A stretch of DNA of 64,000 bases from contig ADNK01000870.1 of assembly GCA_000320545.1 (NCBI GenBank), positions 1 to 64,000 on the forward strand, read 5' to 3'. Below, piece by piece: positions 53,347 to 64,000 of this stretch. Positions within the stretch are counted from its first letter, which is position 1; each line of letters begins with the position of its first letter. A program made the translations under genes and the position numbers. The DNA comes from Bigelowiella natans CCMP2755 (taxonomy: Eukaryota > Protista > Cercozoa). The notes beneath the pieces were generated by a model, which saw only the letters and a program-made list of their open reading frames with translations, had not been told where the DNA came from and made no database searches.

Positions 53347-54152
53347 TTTACTGTGCGTGTGAAATGATAATGATGTTTACTGCCACATCTAGACATTGTT
53401 GTTGCTGTAGACTAGCTCTCACATCAAGTAGACATGCTCCATGCATGGAAGGTTTGCTCATCTGCCCATTTACTTGTAGCGTAATGCCTCAACATGCATT
53501 CATTTTTCCTATGTCACGTACAGTCACAACAATATCGTCGACACAGCTCCACTTCGTGAATCTTCACAAGCAGTGATGCTCATGTGCATGACACAGTTCA
53601 TTGTGCATGTGCATGTGCCTGCTTTGCACATGTTCAGATGCTAATTGCTCTTTCAAAATGCTGCAAATGTTGCGTACGTGTACCTGTCCATCTGCGCCAT
53701 TGATCATGTCATTTGCGTGGATTTGATGAGCAGTGCTGTTGCACTGATTGCGTCGCTTACGATGAACGATGCTTTGTATCGCATGCTCGTAGTGTAGCAG
53801 CGTGTGAAACAACGGAATGCTGACATCTACAGTTTAGCTGTTTTGAGCGACTCGATGATCAAGCTAGTACATGGGATTTTGACACACCACATGCCTAGAT
53901 ACATCTGCTCACGAATTCTTTAAGAACAATCCCTGGAGTGACTCCTGTCGCCTGCAAAAAACAACAACGAAGAATGATGAACAAAAGATTTTCTTAGGGG
54001 GAACAATGGCATAAAGATGAAAACACATTCAAACATTATATGACGTCAATCGCCCAAGTGAGGAAATGCTTCTGCACGTATTTTTAATGAAAAAAAGGTA
54101 GCGAAAATATAGTACCACATATATTTTATCCACAAAATATGTATGGCATAAA

Positions 54153-55405
54153 TTATTCACCCAAAATGACAAAACGGTAGGTAGTGGGGATGATAGCAAA
54201 GATGAAGTTGGAAATTAGAGTCAGAACGATAGAATAAAGAACGAGAAGATGCTCCAACGAGGCAAATCCTACGCACAGCTTCTGACTATAACGTATTTGT
54301 GCTATTGTACACCTGCGACGTTTGCATTCTGTTTCCTCAGCATCTGTTTCATCTCCAAAGCTTCTTCTTCTTCCAAGACTGCCATATTTCTTAACTTTGG
54401 AAATATCGATTATCGAAGTCTCACTACAACTTTCATCTTTGCCATCACTGTCATCAACCTGTTTGATAGAGGCGTCACTGCTGCTATTTCTTCTTCTTCT
54501 TAGTATACTGCTGCGAAGAAGTTGTGAAGACGATGACTGCTGCTTCAAGCTACCCTTCCTCTTTTTCTTCTTCATTTCCACGGTGCTTATGCTTGCGTTT
54601 GACCCTCCCGCCATTGATGCAGCAGCAGGTGCATTCGCCTTCAAGAACTGCTCGGATGTATGGCCAGAAGTTTCAGGCACATAAAATTGCACAAATAGCG
54701 TCGTGAGAACGAGCACTACGGCGAAGGGGACGAAGGTGAGACCATCCAGAGCAGTCTGTAGAAAGGGAAAGGAGAAACCCACAATGAAATTGCAAATCCA
54801 GTTGAGCTGAGATGCCACTGATTGAGCTGTGGCCACGTTCTTAACATCAAACATCTCCGAAGAAATCAGCCATGGAATGGGCCTGGAGCAAGTAATCAAA
54901 CGACGACGTTATTCATTTATCAAAATCACAACGATTAGGGGGAAAGAACATTTAACGTACCCGAGACCTATCTCAAACATTATAACGTATAATCCTGTCG
55001 ATATCAGCGCCAATGAACTCTCTGCGGAACGACCGAATATTGGAATTGGAAATCTATCATCCAACGCAAACGTTATGCCTAAGCCTTGAACACAAACATC
55101 ATCAACCTCCATCATCATTATCATCATCTTCATCATCATCTTCATCATCATCATAATCACAGGCTTATTTACATGCAACAGCCATCCCAACAGAAGAGAA
55201 AATGAGGAGGCCTCTTCTCGGAAAGTCGTCCATAATTTGCGCTGCAAGATACGTCGCTGCAACGTTGACAGCCGATATAATCACGGTGCCAACTAATGGA
55301 TCGCTCACAGCACCAGAGAGAAACTTTGTCGAGTAGTAGAATACGGCATTGATTCCTTGATGATGATGATAGAGATGGAGTAGGAAAGTGAGGGAGGGAG
55401 GGAGG

Positions 55406-55439
<34 letters not shown>

Positions 55440-55520
55440 TATAGGTGAATGTCAATTTGACAGAGACATCACCATAGTATTTGGGACATCACCATGATGA
55501 TGAAGACAATGACAACGATA

Positions 55521-55555
<35 letters not shown>

Positions 55556-55659
55556 AGTAACATTGGAAGGCGACTAACACTTAAATCGTTAGTATTATCA
55601 CAATAAGGATGCATTTTCAAAGCTATTCCAATGTCATAAGATGTTTGTGGATCATCACG

Positions 55660-55693
<34 letters not shown>

Positions 55694-56889
55694 ACTACCA
55701 CAGAATTGCTGTGAAAGCTGGAGAACAAGCAGGCAGATAATCGATACTCTGAGGTCTGGATCGCAAACTAGGTCTGTCATCGCACTAGACCATGAGCAGA
55801 TCTATGCTGCGTCTTTTGACGACGAATGGCGTCTTCAAAAATCGTCAACTCTGCTCCAACCTTGTTATATCATTACATAATACACCAATAATGTTCAATA
55901 AACAGAGAAGAAAAGTAATGCCTTAATCTCATTGAGGTCAAAGTGAAATGATGAACATTTATTGGTCTAAATCATCGTTATCATCACCATCCTCATCATC
56001 GTTATCCCTTCTTATAACCTTCAAGATCATTACCTGCTGCTCGTCCCTGAAGCCTCTGAGTTCCATAAGCAGCTTTGCTGTTGCCAATCGCACCTCCATT
56101 CGAGGTAGTTCCGAGTGAGAGTATAACCATCTTGGACTTTCCTTCACGCCACTCAACCAGTATAACGACATCGATGATAGCAAAGGAGTTACACCGAAAA
56201 GATACCTGTAATATCACGATCATGGATTTGATGATGATGACGATGATGATGATGATAATGATGATGATGATAAGGCTGACGAATGCGTTGGCCTGATTGC
56301 CTTTCCCCTTCTTCAGAAACAAAACATATCACTTGTTCCCCATCTTCTTCTTGTTGTCGTTGTTGCATTAATTCGAAGGCAGAGTTAACAACACACAGCA
56401 ATCACACCTCCAGCCCTCTGCAGTCGTCAACCAGAGAGACGCAATAGATGCTGCTAAAATCCCTGACACCATCGATAACTGCGACATCGTTCCGAACGTG
56501 CCACGAAGCGCAGGTGGTGCTAATTCTCCTATGTAAACAGGGACTAGCACTGTAGCAAACCCACTTGCAAATCCGATCAAAGCACGGGCTATGATGATTG
56601 TTACCCTGATAGTTGTAGTAGTAGCAGCCATCATCATCATCATCATCATCAGATTCAATATCATCATCGTTAATATCTCCACATTCAAGTGTGCTTCTTC
56701 GTTGGCATCAACAACATCGTCGTCTTTGTCCCCTATGGTCTCTGTGATGATAGGAGGTGTGTTTCACGCACATTCCAGGCGCAAACGTCTGCATTACTCC
56801 CCCGATTAAGAAAGATAACATGTTCATTCTCAGAGCATTCTTCCGACCATACACATTAGCAAAGATGCCTACAGATAAAGCAGTAGATT

Positions 56890-56922
<33 letters not shown>

Positions 56923-57007
56923 CTAAAATATCAGCATTACAACGTCGCCTAAACATATCTGCCTAAAATTTCAATCTCACTACCCCCCCCCCCCCTGTTC
57001 TTCTTCT

Positions 57008-57052
<45 letters not shown>

Positions 57053-57211
57053 TTTGTTAAGTATTTACCCCCAGCAAGCGCACCGAAAGGACCACCGATT
57101 GCAAATACAGAAACAGCCAATGACCATCTGCTTGATTTATCGTAGCAGCAATATTTTTGCAGTTGGAGATCAAGAGAGAGGAAAGAGAGAAAAGAGAGAA
57201 AAAAGAGAAAA

Positions 57212-57256
<45 letters not shown>

Positions 57257-57851
57257 AGAGGGCGAGAGGAGGGGGGGGGGGGGGGGATTCTGCAAGTTAC
57301 TACTACTACTACTACTACTGATGGTGGTACTGGTAGTGTTGGTACCACGAACACGTACTCGACTGTGGAATGTCCAGGGAAAACGAAAGCTTCAGGAGAG
57401 TTCATAACGGCAGTGTTGTATCCAACCAGGAACTCGGGTATTAGAGCTACCTGATCATAATGTGATGATCATTTAGATCTTCATTGCTCCACCACCAACA
57501 GCCTACCTCGTTCTTTAACAATACGATATCTCACGTCATCTCGATCAAACGGTGCGTGATCAATGAGCACATTGTCGTTCAGAGGCGTACACTCACCCTC
57601 AAATAGGCCCACCTTCATCAGCACTTTACTATTAATACAACAACAGCGATGACAACGACTGCTTCTACTACTGCTACTGCTACTACTACTACTACTACTA
57701 CTTCCAATACTACCATAGTTGAGTAGAGAAGGTGGATGGTGAATATGATATTATCGAGCTTCCTTGCCTTTGAGACCAGCTCCGCACACTCACCTTCGCA
57801 CTTGATACGAGACTCCAAACCCATAACGGCCATATAAGCTGGTGGTATGAT

Positions 57852-57889
<38 letters not shown>

Positions 57890-60853
57890 GTGTGTGCATG
57901 TACACTGCTGCCTTACGAAACAAGGCCAGTATGGAAAATATGAAACCATTCGTCATTAAATGTCATCCTTATATTCTAATCCTAATTCTTCTTCTTCTTC
58001 TCCTCTCTCTTTATCATCATCATCATCATAATCATAAATTACGAATTCCCTCTTCCAGCTTACGACGCATAATCTAGAAAAGATATGGCAATGGTGTGTA
58101 AGGAGGAAAACAGTTACTCTAATCCAATAATAACACAAAGACGGATATCTCATTCAAAACGCTTCTCTTTAACCTTATATGATCATGATCTTTTTCTCCT
58201 CCTTCTCTCTCCATTACCTGCTGCTCACTGGATGCAACGATGGCTTCGATTGTCGATAAATTGAGTCGTTTTGAGATAGCATCAGGCACTGCTGTCATCA
58301 TCAGATTGCGAGCACGATGCAGATCCTACGAAGTAGTAATAAAGATAACAGTGACACCACATGATCAAAACAGCGACGATGATTATGATGAGGGTAGAAG
58401 AGGAGTGATTAGTGCTCTGTAGTTGCATGCACGTCAGCAAAGATTATGCCTCGTTCTGAGGACAACATCTCTATATCACAACTATAAAACAGCAGCAAAA
58501 GAACACGGAAAAGGATCTAGAGAGGCCAAATGTATGTAAAGTTGCTAGTTGTTGAAGAGATTTGTATTGTGGATAACTGCGAACGTTCGTAGTATAATAT
58601 ACTTCCTCTGTTTTCCATGGAAGAAGGTCCTCCACAACACGGTGCATGATGTCGATGGACACTTCTTCCTCGTTCACTTCTCCATCGCGGCCAAACCCAG
58701 CTTCAAATGACACCAGCTGAAGCACACGTGCTGCCAAAGGAATGATATCTGATACCTACGGAATGTTGATTGATTTTTTCTCATCATGATGATCATTCAA
58801 TGAGGTTGGTAATGTGGGGGTGAGTAGGATGGTGAAAATACTACTGCGCTGCACAATTATGATTTGAAATGAGACTGACTGCTTATAGTTTGGTGTCTTA
58901 TTTTACAACTCAACGCCATTCACTAAACACTTTGTGCGTGCACAATTACGAGTGGATCTTTCATTGGAACCCATTTCTGCTTCATCACAGTCTCAAACAC
59001 CTATTGTTACATGATGATGATAATGATGATGGTGACGATGATAATGTGAATCTTTGACACAGTATGAGCAAGTGCTAAATACGTGGTCTCGCTCCCTTGT
59101 CCCAACCCCCTTCCCCTCCCTCTCTCTTCCTTTCTAACCTAATGACACTACACACCACACACCACACATTACACACCACATCCACATACAAACTAGAATA
59201 TCAATGCTAAAGTACTTTGTCGGCTAAATCCTTGATTTCATCTACGTTTGGGGCATGGCGGATAGTGCCCACGTATGGATTGTGCTCTAAGCCTTTGTAG
59301 ATGGTGTAACCGCCCTCTCTTTTCTGCTCTTTCGCAATACTGATGGTATCCTTACTCGTTGGTAGTAGCATATCGTCCAGCTCTTTCTTCATGACGGGAG
59401 ACCCAAGTGATGCACTTCGATTTAATATGGGCTTCTGTTGCGAATTACTCTTCTTCTTCTTCTCCTCCTTCTTCATATTAATCTTAACATCTACCTATGA
59501 GGATGAAAGGATTGCGGGAAGTTATAGAGAAGCATCGTGATTGATTATCTTTGGATAATGATGATGATGACAGTGGTGAGGCGTTAATATCTGGAAACGT
59601 GATGTCACCACAACAAATGAAGTTTGTGGAGACGCATAAATCGCAAATTAGATGGTAAATTATAGTTATATTTTACGCTCAATTGGAGCTTGATATTCAT
59701 GAAAATAAAACTAGGGGCTGTTTTGTACCAATTCTTCTCCCTCTCTCTCTTCTAACTTCTTTAGCAGCAGCACCGTCATTGGAGAATGAACAACTTTGCG
59801 TATTATTATGCTAATTTGTTAATATTTACATTATAGATGTTCGAAACTTGTGAGTAAGTAGTAGTGAAATATCACAAACATATAGTACGACCGATGACGA
59901 CCCGAATAATAGGAGGACTGTAATTCTTTTCGTTTTCGATGCAAGGTTGCACTAGTAGCGACCGTTTAGCGCGGTGTGAAAACGATTATTGAGGTGCTGA
60001 TTCTAAATGTATACTATTTTTTTCCTGAAGAGTATGTTATTCCGATCTAAATACGTACCTAAGAAATGAACCAATAGCTTGTTGCTCTAACGATGTTACC
60101 GCTCTTGATTTCATCAAATCCTATCATTGAAAACTTTACTTCCGAGTTGTCAGGTGATTCAATATTTTCAACTCTTCTTGTTGCTAAACAAACCTCTTCC
60201 ACGAAATTGGTGATGATCTTGATCGCTGCAGCTTCTCGAGGAACTACATTCAGCATTCCACTTATTTTAGAAGCAACATATTGAGAAACTAAGACCGCCT
60301 GCAGCACATGAACTTAAATGATTTAATATATAAAAGCGAGCACGTCTTAACAGTGGGAACATTGTTAATTTACACTATAATATATTGTCACTACCACTGC
60401 AGGAAGATCGGAGATACATGCAGCTCTAATACCAGCATCACGTAAGCCTTTCATCATCTGAATGTGGCAGTATGGCGATGTTATAAATATCACTTATCGC
60501 ATAATCGTAATCCAACGAAAATTGGAAAACTAAGACGGTTTGAGAAGAATGTAGATTTGAGTTGTTGAATTTTAAACCCATAAAATACCCTAACAAAAGG
60601 ATATATGATTAGAAATAGTCACTCAGAAAGACCCTTTGCCGTCCATCTACTCGGCGTGATGTAAGGCGATGGACCTTGCCTCATTATCTGTATTGTATTT
60701 CGAATCCTAACCTTAACTACGTCCTTCTCTGTTACAACTTTTATTTTTTCATTACTTTTATAGCTATAAAATCAACAAGCTCTCCCCCTTTCGTTTTGTG
60801 ATTACAAATACCCGTCCCACTTCCGGTTCTTCCGAAGGCTTGGAGGAAGCCAT
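54153..60853 (-). CDS. MFS sugar porter (GLUT/SLC2-like) with long N-terminal soluble extension; whether exons above ~58.8 kb belong to this gene is uncertain
   Basis: FLVGYNTAVMN, WSLAVSVFAIGG, GRKNAL, RALIGFASG, VPVYIGELAPPALRG, ESPRWL, QQFCGINAVFYYST, GPIPWLISSEMF, NWICNFIVG, VPETSG (54153-57450). Upstream same-strand exons encode helical soluble sequence. Confidence 0.85.
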
Positions 60854-61361
60854 GCTCGAACAACCGGAGCCACACGAATAAGAACAGAACAGAGGGAATT
60901 TATGGGCTACGACACGGTTTTCTAATCGCTTACGCTTACAGGTAGTTAGTAGTCGCACAGCTCGCATTAGCTCGTAGCGATGATGCTTCCCACAATCAGA
61001 TCTAGATCTAGATAATGCTGTGGCTTTTTCTGACGAAAATTGCCTTCATTATTCATCATTTCATGCATTCACATATTCACATCCATCGTGTATCGAAATG
61101 CGTTTTCATGGGGGAAATGATGAAAAAAGGCACGCAGTTTGCACCGACGACATCACGAGCAGTTACACATCATCCGATCTGGGATCTCCCTCAGCAACCA
61201 AAATTCCGCACGGGCCCCACATCGTTCTCTCGAGTATGACTGTTAGTAGACACCCACCCACTTCTCCGTAGCATACGGGGTTTCTATAATTTCTGTTGTC
61301 ACGAACCTTTGATGGGTTTGCTATATTTATTTCTACTCATCACTTGTTACATACCATAGAA

Positions 61362-64000
61362 ATGGATGCCGATAAAGAAATGAATCCATCGCCGCCTGGA
61401 GGGGCAAACCTCTCGCCACCAAACACGACCCTGAAGAAAGTCAACGTTGAAGCCTGGGATAGTGCTAAAGTCGTTGAGTTTATTGCAACTCTCGGTAATG
61501 CTCAATTAGCGCGCACTTACGTGGAAAAACTAATCTTTTGTAACAATGTAGGTGCAGGAAAGTGCTGGGAAAGGTATGGAAATATCTGCTTAGAGTCGGA
61601 AATCGATGGATCTACTTTGATAGATGCAGATTCGGACCTACTCGTAGAGATGGGATTTCTCAAGATTCATGCAAACAAGGTTGATGATGTCACACACATA
61701 AACTTCTCTCTAACCCTCCTTCACTCCCTCCCTCCCTCCTTCTCTCTCTATGATATATTGCATGCACGTAGAAGCATGTTTGCTCAAACTACTCAAAATG
61801 AATGTGCTTGTATGTGTGAGATGCACATATACACACACGTACACACACCACATATTATTGATCACGCACATTCACACACATCTAAAGAATTGTTGAAATC
61901 ATATTAGGTTCTAAAAGCCCTTAAGAAAATTGCGGCTGAAGAGCAAGCAGATACTGCACAGCAGCAATTTAAACCGGTAGTTGAACGGAAGGTAAGCTAT
62001 CCATGCTACCTACCCCTGACAGCTGAAGAGGGAGAACGAATGATGAAGTTTGCAGAAGCTTATGAATTGATCCGGGTTTGTACCGAAAAGGCACAGAATG
62101 CGTCCGAAAAAATACAGCGGGAAAAGGATTGCATTCTACAGAAAGTCGAGAAAAACTTTATGTCTGTGGCGAGGAAGCTGGAGACCGAGAAGACTCGAAT
62201 CTGTCAAATGGTTAAGAAGAAGTATGGCGTTATCGAGAAGCGGCTGAGCGGCATCAAGGATCAATTAGAAAGTAGCATGGATGTTACCAAAATGACCGAG
62301 AAGACTCTGAACAAGCAATCGCGTATCACCGAGTGGTCAGAGCAGAAGGCTCGCAAAGAGCTGATTCTGAAGGAGTCCGCTGCCATACTTGAAACGGTCC
62401 ATCCTTTCTTGGTAGGCCTACCTTCTCTAGATGTTGCCTTCGACGACTACATATTCAGTAAGCTTCTGAGCTGTGAGAAGGATCAGAAGGATGGCAATTT
62501 TCATGTCTGCGCCTTGAACATAACGCAGCCCGTGGTCGAAGGGAAATCCGTGATACAATCGGAAAAGGCGAAACGCGAGGAGGCGGAGAAGAGGCAGATA
62601 GAAGAGGGAAAGGTCGGTTGATAATGTGAACCTAAATCAGAAGGGTAAGTGATATTTTCATTTTTGACCATTACATATCATTATTTTTCTCAGAGAAAAC
62701 TGCGTGAGGCAAAACAGGCAGAGGAGAGAAAGACAGCTGCCGAGCGAAAGGATTGGGAAACGATGAGAGCGGCTATGCTCTCGGGTAGTGGTTCATCCTC
62801 TCCAAAGAGCTTTGATGAGCCGAAAACGTGGATTCCTCTCAAGGACGCGGACAAGAAGGCCGTTGCGGCGTTCTTCGAGCATGTGAAGACCATTCAAGCC
62901 TGGGAACGACGTGGGGTGCAGGCTCTACAGGAGCTCAACAACCATCACCACTACGAGACGAAGCGAGCACTCGCAGAGTTCAAAGCGCTCAATGCCCGTA
63001 TCGACAGAATTAATGCAAACACTGTCGAGTCGCTCGCAGGCACAGCCAAGCAACTCCGTCTGAAATTGCAGATCTCCATTGAGACTCTGCGCAAGCATCT
63101 CAACGAAGACTTGCCAAAGGTGGAGATTGAGCTCAACAAAAGGATCAAGGTGACCGACTTCTCTCTGCTGGAAGAGCGGAGCAAAAGCATTCGAGAATTG
63201 GTCAAAGCGACAATCGAAAAACCACATCCTTTCCTGCTCACAATGCCCAACGTTTCCATCACTCTCAGTCAAGAATTCAAAGAGGCTAAAACCGAGAAGT
63301 TGGTCACTGTCAACTGCACAGATGCGACCACCATGCCCAAATGGACTCTGGGTGTTGGTGGAGTTATTGACATGGCCGGCGGGTTCGAGGCCTTGTTGGA
63401 GACTCTTGGCGGGTTCGAGGCCTTGTTGAAGACTCTTGGCGGGTTCGAGGCCTTATGCAAGGGGGCTGGCGGGTTAGAGGCCTTGTTGAAGACTCTTGGC
63501 GGGTTCGAGGCCTTGTTGAAGACTCTTGGCGGATTCGAGGCCTTATGCAAGGGGGCTGGCGGGTTCGAGGCCTTATGCAAGGGGGCTGGCGGATTCGAGG
63601 CCTTGTTGAAGACTCTTGGCGGATTCGAGGCCTTGTTGAAGACTCTTGGCGGATTCGAGGCCTTATGCAAGGGGGCTGGCGGATTCGAGGCCTTATGCAA
63701 GGGGGCTGGCGGGTTCGAGGCCTTATGCAAAGGGGCTGGCGGATTCGAGGCCTTGTTGAAGACTCTTGGCGGATTCGAGGCCTTGTTGAAGACTCTTGGC
63801 GGGTTCGAGGCCTTATGCAAGGGGGCTGGCGGGTTCGAGGCCTTATGCAAGGGGGCTGGCGGATTCGAGGCCTTGTTGAAGACTCTTGGCGGATTCGAGG
63901 CCTTATGCAAGGGGGCTGGCGGGTTCGAGGCCTTATGCAAGGGGGCTGGCGGATTCGAGGCCTTGTTGAAGACTCTTGGCGGATTCGAGGCCTTATGCAA
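61362..64000 (+). CDS. SAM-domain protein with two paralogous coiled-coil modules and a decapeptide repeat region (3'-partial)
   Basis: SAM: VEAWDSAKVVEFIATLG...ERYGNICLESEIDGSTLIDADSDLLVEMGFLKIHANKVLKAL. The last exon starts at 62694 and stays open, in frame with the repeat array, to the window end. Confidence 0.8.
63378..64000 (+). repeat. 30-bp coding tandem repeat, at least 21 units, two variants (GGFEALLKTL / GGFEALCKGA)
   Basis: Unit GGCGGRTTCGAGGCCTT followed by either GTTGAAGACTCTT or ATGCAAGGGGGCT. The array continues past the window edge. Confidence 0.97.

Noticed and set aside
63269-64000. 243-aa minus-strand ORF (HKASNPPAPL repeats), and a CRISPR-like reading of the array
   Set aside because: It is an antisense shadow of a 30-bp in-frame repeat, and the plus frame is continuous with the SAM gene. 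There are no unique spacers or cas genes, and the context is eukaryotic.

Overview
Intron-rich eukaryotic nuclear DNA. Several genes carry signal-peptide plus transit-like leaders, which suggests an alga with a complex plastid, possibly a chlorarachniophyte (inference). From left to right: an intact Ty3/Gypsy retrotransposon (5' LTR, PBS, single gag-pol ORF running off the left edge); an intronless 7TM gene; PDCD2; a P4-ATPase flippase that appears spliced in frame to its own CDC50 beta-subunit; a leader-bearing YbaB/EbfC gene head-to-head with a leader-bearing CS-domain/GrpE fusion; a 3xDOMON-cytochrome b561 gene; a low-complexity hypothetical gene; a cNMP-binding protein; an NSRP1/CCDC55-like protein with a signal+LRGG leader; a GLUT-type sugar porter with a long N-terminal extension; and a SAM-domain protein ending in a 30-bp two-variant tandem array. 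The most striking non-genic signal is a set of intergenic patches (about 4.8-5.2, 25.6-26.2, 32.7-33.3, 37.5-38.6, 44.3-44.9 and 53.4-53.9 kb) where TpA is depleted, in the strongest cases almost absent except inside CTAG, and TG/CA is in excess. This suggests a localized A-to-G hypermutation acting on TpA, a 'reverse-RIP'-like process. Exon structures and counts were read by hand and are approximate.
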